Positions 1 through 12,420 of a DNA stretch of 64,000 bases are shown here, in pieces (positions within the stretch are counted from its first letter, which is position 1; the number at the start of each line of letters is the position of its first letter). The stretch lies in NCBI RefSeq assembly GCF_009834535.1, contig NC_045696.1, positions 42,472,001 through 42,536,000 of the forward strand. The letters are read 5' to 3'. The position numbers and the translations under genes are program-made. The notes under the pieces were generated by a model that did no database searches, was not told the DNA's origin, and worked only from the letters and a program-made list of their open reading frames with translations. The DNA is from Camelus ferus (Eukaryota).

Positions 1-548
1 AGTAGACTCATGAGAAAAGCATTTAGTATTATCATGATCCCCAAATAACTGTCATGCTTATTTACTTTACAATCTGTGTAATCTGTACATTCCTCTAAAT
101 AAATAGCTTGTTGAGGCCTACTCATTTGGCTCATTGTCTAGTTTGTGGGGAGAGGATGGAGTACATCCCTTTATTGCACTCAGTTCCCCAAAGATCAGTT
201 TTAGCTTACCTGATCTTATTCACACTTATCTAAAGAGAAAGATGGTTTCTCAGTTTTTGTTGTTACAAATCTCTGCCTCATGGAAGCAGAATGTTGACTT
301 TACTTACTGAAATTTTAGATTAAATCAGGTAGCCATGTTGACTATGAATAGCAGTAAGCAAAGAAAAGTAACTAACAGAAGACTTGGGGTCGTGTGGTAA
401 AAGGAACAGGAACTTCAGATTTGGGACCAGATGCACATCTTTCAGAGTCTGTGGATTCAAATCTATAAATGTAGAATGTATTAAATAATTTAAAATCTAA
501 AGTGATTTTCATCGATGCATCATGTCTTTATTCACTGGAGACCAAGTG

Positions 549-785
549 CAGCTGACCCTTGAACAATGCAGGAGTCATGGGTGCCCTCCCTCCACTCAGT
601 TGAAGATCCACCTGTCATTTATAGTTGACCCTCTTTATATGTGGTTTGGTTCCCCGTATCCAAAATTCTGCATCTGCAGATTCAAGCAACCACAGATTAT
701 GTAGTACTGCAGTATATATTATTGAAAAAAATCTGAGTATAAGTGGACCCCAATAGTTCAAACCCATGTTGTTCAGGATCAACTG
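549..785. mobile_element. TcMar-Tigger MITE (MER8/Tigger2-like)
   Basis: Imperfect terminal inverted repeats cagctgacccttgaacaa ... ttgttcaggatcaactg followed by TA; internal aagtggaccc...gttcaaacccatg motif. Confidence 0.8.
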
Positions 786-1884
786 TAATATGATTCACTC
801 CACATGACTTTTGTGGTGCTGAATTCTGTTCTAAACTTTTACTAGCCTGCCCCATTCAGTGTCAGGTTTTGCAACAGAACAGCTATTCCCAGTTCTGAAT
901 ATATTTTTTTAAAGCCTGAACTGTTGGTGAAAAAAAATTTTTCTTTCTTAGCTTGTTCAGCTCCTTTAAAGGAGGTCTGATTTGGGAGTGAGGAGGTTTG
1001 AGTTCCCTTCCTTGCCTTGGTGCCAACCATGGTGAAGTTGGGTACAGAATGCCTTTGGGCCTTGGTTTTCTCTATGTCAAATGAAAAAATTGGGAAAATA
1101 ATTTTTAAGATTACTTACAGAACTAAATTTCTCTATTCCACACCTGTTAAAAAACTACTTTAATCTTTATTAATTAAACAGTACTCTTTAATGATGAAAA
1201 TACAAGAACTGAGTTCTAGAAATGTAAGTCTGTGATGAAATCTGGAAAAAGCACCTAGTTCCCTAACATCCACGGTTTGCTTTCATAATTAGTGTCATTA
1301 GGGCTGGCAGGCATGGAGTTGGACATCACAATCTCCCTTCTAGAAAGAACTTACAGTTAGAGGGTCTCCCTCAGTGGCAGCACCTCAGAAACCACCTCAG
1401 TGTTGGATCTGAGGCCAGTCTTCCCAGGTGCTCCTCTGTACCCTCCTGAGAGAACTCTCCAAAGGGCTGTCTTTGCTCCGGAGCTCCCCACCAGGTTACC
1501 TGAGACTTTTGCAGGTTGGCAGCACCCTGATGCTTTCTCTGCCCATTTCTGCTTTCTCCCTCCATCCATTTCATGAGTGTTGGTTCTGTGTTGTGTCTGA
1601 AAGCTACTCCTGCTCACCTCTGTTCTTCCTCTTCGGTCTTTCACGGGCACTGCCCACCCCTCACTCCCCATCCCTAGGGGACCTCTTGCTCTCCTCACTT
1701 CATCTCAACACCTCTGCCCAGAGGATCTGAACTGAACCATCAGGGAATCCATGCCAAGCTAGAAGTAAAAAACGATATACTGAAAGATACATTTTCAGGT
1801 TTATTTGAAAAAGGCCTTTTTGGTTACATTTCTTCTATCCTTTTTATTTTCTCTCATGGAATTAAATGCTTTTGAAACTGGTTA

Positions 1885-1985
1885 GGGCTTAGACAATGTA
1901 ATTTCACCCTTTCGATTTTTGACTGATGAAGAATGAGAGAGCTATGAAGTGACTTGTCCAAGGTCATAATTGGACTAATTAGCAA
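1885..1985 (-). mobile_element. MIR fragment
   Basis: gaagtgacttgtccaaggtca is the MIR core motif. Confidence 0.6.
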
Positions 1986-2171
1986 CATGACATTTTTGAC
2001 TCTGTTTCTGTAAAGAGGTGATCAAGCCAGACAAAGACTCCCCAATTGCTCTGACCAAGCCTCTTACCCTAACAGTTTATTATAATTCATGTGGCTGTTC
2101 AACTGCATATTCCAAGCTTGATCAGTAAGTATTAGTTGGTCCTTCTTGGTGATGCCTTTCTGTATGACATT

Positions 2172-2268
2172 ATATATTGTGTAATATGTAAATTATATAA
2201 TGTATAATTGTATATATAATGTAGTGATATTTATGATATCACTATGGTTCCAAATCTTATTTCTCAGT
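2172..2268 (+). repeat. Direct repeat copy 1 (~97 bp)
   Basis: Near-identical to 3279-3374, including the exact run atatttatgatatcactatggttccaaatcttatttctcagt. Confidence 0.9.
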
Positions 2269-2701
2269 CTTATTTATTCGGAGATAAGAGCCTCACATAG
2301 AGGAGAAAATATTTGAGTTATGGGGCTGTTTTTCCCAAGCTGCTCTTAACCTGGATGTGACTTAGGCAGAGAGGTCTTTCAAACCCCAAATTCCTGCTGT
2401 GGAGTGACTAGAAAGGAACATTAACATCTGAAAGGGGTTTCAGAGGAGTGCTGTACCTTCTACTGTTGGTGTGTCGTGGGAATTTGTGACAGTAATTAGG
2501 AGCATATATCTCCGTAGCAAGAGCAATCTGAACACATGAGGGTAACTGAGTACAGAGCAATGGCAGACAGAAAAGCTTAGAATTGTCTGCCAAGACCACA
2601 TCAGCACAGAGACCTGAAAGCAACCAGACCAGCTCATAGATGGTAGAAATAGATGAGGCAGGGCCTGGACAGGGAGACTATGTAACTACTTCTGCTGCAG
2701 G

Positions 2702-3201
2702 AAGGGCCAGTTCATGGGCTCATGGCCAAGACAGTTACACAGGCCCTGACGCTTAGGGTTTAATAAAATGTGGTCATCATAAAGTTCCTGATAATTTTGT
2801 CTTTAAATTTGTATTTTGTAGTCAAAACCATTCCAGTGGGATGATGGGGCATGCACTGGGATCTTTGAGCCTGTACTCACACGTAGTCCTGCCTCTGTCA
2901 CCTCTCTGCCTCCTCTGGTCAGATGCCCAGTAGCCCACTCCCCTCCTTCCGCCCAATGACTTCTGCAATCCCGTGGTCCCCAGTGGACATGGACATAGAG
3001 AGGTCACTTGCGAGGTTCTGTACTTGTCCAGTAGGTAGTCTCATTCCTAAGGGAGCAGGACATAGAAAGCAAATAAAAGTTACCATGATAGGGTTGAGAA
3101 GATGCAGACGAAAAGAGAAAGCTTTTTTTTCCCTACTTTTTGAACAAGGAGTCCACATTTTTATTTTTCACTGATTCCTGCAAATTTTGTATCCAGCCCT
3201 G
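2702..3201 (+). mobile_element. hAT-Tip100 element (MER45-like)
   Basis: Starts agggccagttcatggg and ends tttttgaacaaggagtccacattt...ctgcaaattttgtatccagccctg, matching the recalled MER45 termini. Confidence 0.7.
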
Positions 3202-3278
3202 GCCTCACACCTTCATAAATATCTTTCTTTGCAGGGACTAGAAATTAGCAAGAGCATCACCCTCTCCATATGGCTTTG

Positions 3279-3374
3279 TATATTGAATGGTATGTAAATT
3301 ATATAATATATAATTGTATGTATAATGTAGTCATATTTATGATATCACTATGGTTCCAAATCTTATTTCTCAGT
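3279..3374 (+). repeat. Direct repeat copy 2 (~96 bp)
   Basis: See 2172-2268. Confidence 0.9.
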
Positions 3375-5399
3375 TTTGTTTTCTCAGGAACTTGATTTTA
3401 TTTTCCTCTGTAGATAGCAATCTCTGAAATACTGATTGATGTCTACCAAATTATGAGAGCTTTATGAATTAATCTGTTTTGAATTGATAAGTGGTTCGAA
3501 ACACTGATATTGGGGAATCAGCAAATTTTCTTCTCAGAAGAGATGTCTATTTGGGAAATCTATTGGTTTAAAAAAAGACACTCGGGCACAAATTATTTAG
3601 ATGATCATCTTTGGAAACAATGTTAATAGATTGGTCTGTACCCTTCTCTACTCTAGGAATATACCTACTGAGAAGGCTAGAGGCTCATACCTGCCAATCA
3701 GGGAGCCCTGTTCTGTGGAATATGTTAGAGATACAACTACACAATATGTAATTGTCAACTCTTGTTTACTCAGTTTACCCTTCTGAAAGCATTGGGTGTT
3801 GCAACCTTACAATGTCCAGTCATGCAGTTTATCTTCTATCAGTTTATCCTCCCAGCAGGATTTTAGTCGGTACCTCCTTATTCATAGTAGCAACACATTT
3901 GTTAAATAATCCTTTAGAATGGATACTTCTCTAAATGGCTGATCAAAGGTGTTGGTTTTGGTTAGCTTAGGTTTCGGAAGTTTATATTTCACTTACTTTC
4001 TCTTCAAATTTTAGGTAATTTCAACTGACTTGTTATGATAGAATTTTTAAAAAATCTACTACATTCAGCAGTTCTTAGAGAAGAAATTATTTTTACTATA
4101 AATCCTAGTTTAAAATGTTTAAAGAGAGTGCCTAATTAATTCTACCTATTTTTGAATCCACCACCATAAGTCAGAGTCGATGTTTCTCTTTGGTGAAATC
4201 TTTAAGAATTATATTTGGTGAATATTTATGGTATCAATATGTTTGTTTTGTTTCTACAATGAGATGATCAGCTTGAACAAACTGCACAAATATTATCAGA
4301 AGTAAGAGCTCAGTTTCAAGTCCACCAAGTCCATTTTCTAAAGATTCTTTTTCAATATCCGAGTGGATGATGCTTAACAAGTCTACTCTGTAGCTTCTGT
4401 TAAGTGTATTTTGGGAGTAAATCATCTTGAAATGCTATTAGGTGTAGTCCTCCTCAAATCCAAATTGTTGGCAGTACTCACATGATAGACACTGAGAATT
4501 ATGGAAGTGCAGTCTTTTAAAGTTTTTCAGTTAACACGTGATACAGAACTCTGAGGTCATTGCGTTTTTGTTCAGAACTTTGGGGAGAACTAGAACTGCT
4601 TTTTCAGAGAAGGCCTGGTCCTTCTCTCTGCAGCTGGGCAGGAACACAGATAAATTATTCAATATTTACATAACTTATGAATCTCATTAACTTCACAGCT
4701 AGCAGCTAAGTCATACGGAAATCAGTTCATTTAAAAAGAAACACAAAATGTCATTTCAGAAATCTATAAAAACCTTAATTTTCAAAGATATACTACATAT
4801 TATATCCTTTAGCAGGCTGTCAGTAAAAGAATGAAGGAGATCTTAAGTTTTTAATACAATACTTATTAACATTACCCTGAATGCCAACATGAAGTTTCTG
4901 GAGCAGAGAAGACTTGCTACTACTTATCTGTAGCAAATAAAAATGTGCCAGTTCCCTTGTGCTACAGTGTCCTCCCTCTGGGCTATGCAGTGAGAGCCAG
5001 ATGCCAACCTACACACAGTGGGTCTGTGTTATAAGTGAGTAACCCGCTCCCCCCCCACCCCTGCAAAGAGGATGAATCCGGACATGTATACAGGAGAGAG
5101 AGGCAGCTGTCTTCCTTCCTCCTTTGAGAGAGTTTCCTTGGAAAAGTAATGGGGAGGATCCTGAGTCCTCACTTTTTGGAATGCCTCCCTGGTCCTGAGT
5201 CTCAACCCCCCTTGAAATGTGAAGCTATACCTCTGGAAAAGTAAATCTCTTTACAGTTTTCATTATTTACTTCAGTCATAAATTACCTTCTAAGGATTGC
5301 ATTTTTAGCCCAAGTTCCAAGTGTCAGTAAATTTTCTCAGAAAGCCCTAATGGTGCAGCAACAAATATTTTCTCATCGGGCCTACCAGAGGGCTATGGG

Positions 5400-6090
5400 G
5401 TAGAATGCTTAATAAGTTCCTTTAGATGTTTAGATGGAGTTATCAGCTGTGTCCTCTTTGGGGAAGAGATCTGAAAGGCAAGAGGGAGCCAGCTGGGTAA
5501 ACATCTGTGAAAATGAAACCTCTGGCATCAAGATCTTGAGGTGAGAATGAGCTTAGAAAGTTTCAGTAACCGAAAGACAGCCAGTGTGGTTGGGGTATAA
5601 TGAAGGGAATGCAGAGAGGTATGTTCAGAGCAGTAGAGAGTAGCCAGATCATACTGGGCTTTATAGAATGTGTGAAGGATTTGGATTTTGTTATAAATGT
5701 AATGGAAGCTGTGGGAGGGTTTTTAAGCAGGGGGATGCAAAGAGAACCATGAGGAAGGTATTGCAATAGTCTGAGTAAAAATAAGACTTTTGAATTATTT
5801 ATTAGTAGTAGATAGAGGTGGATACTATATTTAATCACTTCTTTACTGTTTCCCCATTCATCAAACGTCTTGGGTGCCTACTATGTACTATGTAGACATA
5901 TGCAAGGTTCTAGTGATATCATCGATTGAAAGATTGACATGATTTGTCTTCCTGAGATTTATGATGTGGTGACGGGCAGAAAGTCCTGTTTGGGATTGTA
6001 GGAGTGGCCAGGGAAACCAGGAGGAGCTCCTAAGCCAGAGTGGAGGTGGGACACATAAGCAGAGTCTGAGGGTTAAGCTTGTCCTCAGAT
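5400..6090 (-). mobile_element. LINE-2 fragments
   Basis: Purine-rich L2-like text (ccagatcatactgggctttatag...gaaggatttggatttt...gagggtttttaagcagggg) and the cattcatcaaacg...gtgcctactatgt 3'-end motif. Confidence 0.6.
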
Positions 6091-6099
6091 GCATGTCAG

Positions 6100-6600
6100 A
6101 GAAACTCAGTTAACATGCTGATTTTATTTTATTTTACTTATCTTACTTTTCATGTAACATAGAGTTTGGAGGCAGAGAGTAATCCAGGGTTGTTACGGTA
6201 ACATGACAACGTTGAGGTCCTGGCCTCCTCTTAGCTTTCATCATTGTCGTCTTAGTGTAATGCCATTCTCCTTATATGTAAAAAAAAAAAAAAAGCTATT
6301 GCCCTACTGGACACCTCTTTTCAATTCTAGGAAGAAAGGAAAAAGGTAAAGGGTAAGATATGTTGACTAGGTTTGCTTGGTCTGTTAGGAAGCCAACACT
6401 CTGAAAAGCCCAGTCCTTCACTGCCTCATACACCTCTTTGTCCAGAGCTAGGTCACATGCCCATCTTCAGATTCATGAGAGAGTGGAAAGCTAAATATTT
6501 TAAAACAGAAACATTACCCACTAAATTAATTTGTGATCTATTAGAAAGGGAGATGGAGTGAATAGATATTCGAGGGCAATTAAAATGTTGGGCACAGGGA
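6100..6600. mobile_element. Old MaLR LTR (MLT1-like)
   Basis: The motif ttgtccagagctaggtcacatgcccatc and the terminal gaatagatatt...ggcaatt are typical of old MLT1 subfamilies. Confidence 0.5.
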
Positions 6601-9505
6601 TGATTTCTGTAGAAAGTGAGAGCTAAGACTTGAAAGAAAGAAAAATTCTTAGAAGACCGTTGAGACATTTACAGGAAAGAAAAAATTCCTGTTACTTAAC
6701 CTTTTATTCTCAACTCTAATTTTTTTTGAAGAACAGTGATAAGAAACAGTATAAAAAATATCTGTGTTCTTCATATTCTGTGAAGTTGCTATTGAAGATA
6801 ATGTTCATATTTTAGCCAATGCTCCTTTATAGACTCTAAATCCTTCTTTCACTGTTTGACTCTTGTCCTTTACATTTCTTATAATAGGTTGATTATAAAA
6901 TAGATACTATTTACGTATGTTTCTCTTACTTATAATATCCCTTAAATCAGGCTAGAAGTAGGTAAAAACCGCTTACTTCAGCCATGATTTAAAAACGTAA
7001 ACAAATATAATAATATAGTGAACTTGGGAAAAATGTATTTGATCCTTAAGAGATTTTCTTAATTAAATATCTGGTACAATGGGCTTTGGAGTCAGTCCTC
7101 AATTAACAGAATACATGGCTTTTGACAAAAACAGACCCAAATATATTATTGGGCAGAATGTCACCCTTGTGATATGGAAATTATATAAAATAAAATTAAT
7201 TTAAAAACATTTAAAATTATCAAAGATAGTCATCTTATCCCTTCATTTCAGATTATATGGAGTCTTTGTTTCCCGACCTTTGTGAATCTTTATAGCTTAC
7301 ATTTCTTAAAACTACAGTAAGGCACACCTCCTTGACAAGAAGGAAAATTACATGGGGTGAATATCAGTAAATAACCCTTGCCAATGGAATGTCCATATCT
7401 TGCTCAAGTAGTGGTTATAAACTGACTCTACTGAAGTTGTTTATTCCAGAAATGCCCCTTCTTGATTTCAACTGTGGGTCCAAATAGTTAAATAAATAAA
7501 TTAAATAAATCTTCATACGTAACCTTGCATGATCATGTGATTCAAATGTGGATATTCAGTGGTCTCATGCCTCAGAGAACACAGGAGATGGTGGACAATG
7601 TTTTGGATGAAAAATCACTACCAAGATGGTGATAGGCAAGGTTTGCACAAACCTAACACCATTGCTTGGACATCGCACAAATTATTCTTGGGAACTCATT
7701 ATATCTGTATAAAATTCATTTTCCAGGTGACAGATTATATTCTTAAAAGCAATAATTTTAGTGTTTTATCTCCTGTTTAATTTCATGTTTGATGATTTGG
7801 AGAATTTCCCATTTAGTGTGAGTTATGTTTCCTTTTTCATCTTGAGTGCATGTTGATCTGACTGAACATGAATTCATGGAACTGTTCCTACCATCTGGCT
7901 TTTGGTATTTATAAACTGGACACTTATCAGTGCATTCCCACCCTGAATACATTTTAATTTTTATATTCAGATAATGAGTAGATATTTGCTTAGGTTAGAG
8001 TTAAGACTCAGTATTGGGAAAATACATACATTTCTTTGCTTTCGTCTTTATTTTACCATACAGATTATTATTAAAGTTACAACAATTTTCATTTCACATT
8101 CTTCATTTAAACCTGAAATTCAGAACATTACAAAAGAATTATTTTCGAAAAATAAAGAGATGTTCAAAAATGTGTATGTGCCTTTAATGCAACAGATTGC
8201 TAGTGACTCCAATATTTCATCCACACACAAAAATATTACATCACTCAGTTTCTAAAGCTTGTTAGGCTCCTGATGGTACAAATGAAGTAAACTTTCAGCA
8301 ACCTAACACTGGGCTTAAGAAATGGTGAAATCAGGAAGGCACTTAGAGCTTAATCCCCTTTCTATTAAGAATTCTTTTGGAGAAACATAAGAGTTGATGT
8401 TTGGCACCTACAAGTGCATAGGAAAGCTGTTGAATAGAAATTGGCCCAGGTATCTAAGTCCTGAATGGATTCTTTGTTCATGAAAAGCTTGCCTCACATA
8501 CTTGTGTTCGGAAAGAGGATGGGAGTGGGTGGGAAGAGTGATCAGATAGGAACAGCAATACATTTCTGTGACATTTCAAATTGTAATAAAGTTCAACTTC
8601 CAAAATATTTATTGGATAAAAAGAATTATTTTTGACCTATTCATTGTTTACATAATGGTTAACACATGTTTTAGGATATAATTTTTAAAGGACAGCAGAT
8701 TCTAAGAAAGAATTATGTTAGCAAAATACTCTTCCAATGTCCTTAAAACATCCACCTATGTTCTTTGTGGAAGGGAATACATTGGGTTCAAATAACACAA
8801 AGTGGTTGCAAAAGTTTATTTTATATAGACTAAGTATTTAACTATGGGATGAAAAAAGATGGGAACTGGAAGCAAATTGGATTCTACTTCCCCAAAGCGG
8901 AGAGAATGGGCAAGAAAGGCTTTGCCCAGCAGAATTAGCAGATGGTCTAAATCTCCTAGGGATACATGGGCCCAGTTCGATACTGATTTGAGATTATTCA
9001 TTTAAAGGGTTTAGTCTCTTCTGAGAATTTAATAAGCTAGGTAAGAACAAACTGTGTCATTCAATTTGAGCATTATAATATGTCTAGTATGAGTCAAAAG
9101 AATTACTAAGGTAGCTTTTTATGCTTGGGAAAAACAATAACAACATGGTGGTCAACACTCACATTAGCTGTGGCTGGTGTAGACCATTTACTTAGAAAGT
9201 CAGATAGCTCTTACACTGATCTGACTTCAAAAACTAGCCTTGATGAAGGAAGTCTGATTCTATCCTCTGTATTTGAGATAAACCTGTGCAAACAGTGAAT
9301 ACATGGAAGCTCAGAGTCAAGCTTCCAAAAGAATCATTCAGCTAAAACTAATGAGTTGACTCTAATAAGATGAAACTTACGGTGAATAAATATAAATTCC
9401 TTCATTTTGGGTGCAGACAAATGAAAACTTTTAAGGAAAGAAGTCTGTAAAATTATAAGATAGAGGAGATGGAAATTAGGAACAACATGTATAAAATTAG
9501 CTTAC

Positions 9506-9552
9506 TGTATTAGTCAGGGTTCTCCAAAGAAACAGAACCAATAGAATATATT
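9506..9552. mobile_element. ERVL LTR terminus (MLT2-like), truncated
   Basis: tgtattagtcagggttctccaaagaaacagaaccaatag is the characteristic MLT2 end. Confidence 0.7.
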
Positions 9553-9577
9553 TTCTCTCTCTCTGTCTCTCTCTCTC

Positions 9578-9648
<71 letters not shown>

Positions 9649-9649
9649 T
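9553..9649. repeat. Compound microsatellite (CT)n(AT)n(T)n
   Basis: Directly visible. Confidence 0.95.
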
Positions 9650-12144
9650 AATGTTGGCTGTATGGACAGGGGTTATAAAGTAGAACATTTAAAAGATTTT
9701 TTTTCAATGATGGAGAAAAATTGATTAATATTGTTCTATTCATGAAGTTCAGGGAGTGACTACTTTTCCACATACATTATATTTTCATCCATAATTGATA
9801 CTTTTCTCTAGGTCAAAGCCATAGGTTTAGAAAACTAGAAAACATGAATTTTGTTCTTTATTTCTTATCCTCTGTTTTGTTGGGATAATACCACCAAATA
9901 CCTCCCTGAATGTGTCAAAAAGTAACTATGATGTTATGGCCAGTCTACTTTGAAATGATTATAATAAAACTAATATCAAGATGGTACATTTGGACTTACT
10001 AATTTCCCCCTTCATGATGTGGTACTTTTTATATGATAAAAATACATACAATGAAATAGTGATGCTGGACTTCATGGACATTCAGCATAATGAATGTGTA
10101 ACTGGGCAAAGCAAATTCATTCACTGTGTGACTCAGGAAAATGTCACTACTGGTTAATTGGGCAGTACTGTTTAAAAAGAACAAGGTTTTTGAAGGAAAT
10201 TATCTCATTTTTTTTCTAGTAAGAAAATGCCTTTGACTCTTCAAACTGCTAGACAAGGTGGCAAACTGATAGCTCAGAGATTTAATTCAGTTCAAATATG
10301 TGCAAATGATTTAAAAACATGAGATAGCACATGAAATTTGGGTACTGGCAAATAAAAAGCCTTGATCTACTCTTTTTTTTGAAGACTTGGAGTTTCTGGT
10401 AATGTTGAGTGATGTATTCTTACATGGCAACAATCTCCTGAAAGAGGGCAGCCATTGCTGCCTTCAGGCAGGCAAGCTTTGTACCCTCTAACTGGACACA
10501 GTTCCAGCCTCTCACTCCGTGTGCCCATGTGCCCATGCACCAGGTGGTTTACCTCACGTATTTGTATTATCTTCCAGCCGTTGTAGTCCTTACAGTTCGC
10601 TGTTCTGTTCTAGAAAAGAGGTGATGCTCAACTTAACTAAAGAATTCAGGACAAACTCTCACCATTCTCAAATCTGTATTGAAACTATTGCAGTAGCCTA
10701 TGTTTCTACCTTAAGAATCTCTTAGAATCCTTGGTTTTAAAAGGAGTGGGCCCGTCTTATTACGACAGTAGTGATACGATTAGAACAACTTTTTCTACCA
10801 TTACCTAGTTTGTGGCTTTCAATAAAGATTTGCTGGAAATACAAACCACAGTCTCAGTGCTTTTATTGGCAAATAGGGCCGTGTTGGTGAACTGATACAG
10901 TAATTGAGCTTTTATAGCCATGAACACTCCAATTTACAGTTATTTTAAATTTAAAGGTTTTGATTAGGCATTTCCAAAAATGAGTGTGATTAAGTAATCT
11001 AAGAAACAAGAAAATGCCTTATAAATCTACGGATGATTTAAAAGCTTTCTTAAAGTTATTCAGTATTAGAAACCTTGTTCCTGGAATTGATCTATCTGTA
11101 AATAAATAATTACCAAAAAACTGTAGGTAAATACTGTAATTACCATGAATTCTTCATTGAAAGCATCTAGAATATATTGGTAAATCTTATATGTAAGGGG
11201 AACCCTTAAAAATACCTGAAAAAACAAACAGAGGTTTATGTATCATGTGAAATGTGAGCAAGAATATATCAGTATTTCCACTGATGGTCTTAAAATAATA
11301 AGTTCAACATTCCTTTAATAACATTTTCCCCTTTTGTGATACAACAATACCTTCAATACAATAGAATGTTAGTCTAGTCTTGTAGCTGCTTGATAACTTA
11401 TCAACCAACAATTTATGTTGATCAAGAAGTAAGGCTAATTTATTTGGCTTTTAGACTCTTGAGATTAGAAATATTTGGTTAAATTACTTGTTGAGCTGGG
11501 AAATCAATTGCACTTATATATTAATCTTGTTTGAGTCCTCTTTCAAGTGTGGCTGTATCTGTTTTTATAATTTGTCTACAATGCTGTGTGGCCTGAAACC
11601 CCATTAGGACATAGAGCCAATTTTTTGTGTGTATAAGAGTACATGGGCTACCAGTTTTCTCAGTACCTGAGGAACCTGTAACACTCCTGCAGTCCAGCTC
11701 TGCAGTAAGAAACCTGTTAGCATGCATCTGTGAGATGCCTACATGCCAAATGAAAGTGAAAAGTAAAGTAAATTTATAGGGGAGAATCTATGACTTCAAA
11801 AACTGTTTTGTGACTCCTGGATTAATTGATTACATCAATCAAAATTGTAAAAAATCAATGTATGTATATGTATTTTATGAGTTCCTTTATACATTGAGTT
11901 CAGATCCATCTCGAGAGAAAAAGGAACTCTGAAGATAAGGCTAAACATTCTGATGGTACAAATTTTATCAAGCATAGAAGTTTAGAGCTGCAAAGTTCTC
12001 ACATTTTATAATACAATTCTTTAGTATGAAGTTAAAACTTTGCTTTAATAGAAAACTATGCTAAAACTAATCTTATTTACTTTTAACTTTGAGAAAAACA
12101 ATATTTCCCCACTTTGAAATACATTTCCTGTAATCTGTCACATC

Positions 12145-12420
12145 CTTCTTCATTCATTCTGTTTTTTTCAAAATATATTACTGAGTAACTCATATGCCAG
12201 GCATTCTTCTGAGTACTAGGGAAGCGTTAGGGAACAAGAACTCATAGCTGGGATTACATTCAGGTATGTGTCTGGAGGGAGAAGACTTATAAATCAGTAA
12301 GCTATGTAGTATGTTGGAAAATGATTAGTGCTGTAAACTGGATGAGATGAAATCATCGAGGAAGCAAGTGTGCATAGCAAGGTGAAGAGGGCAAAACTTG
12401 AGCCCTGCGGGCAGTTCCAT
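12145..12420 (-). mobile_element. LINE-2 3' fragment
   Basis: ttcattcatt...ttactgagtaactcatatgccaggcatt resembles the reverse complement of an L2 3' end. Confidence 0.55.

Noticed and set aside
1357..1730. Three overlapping ORFs in a GC-richer patch
   Set aside because: No recognisable homology or splice framework; probably an old repeat or chance.
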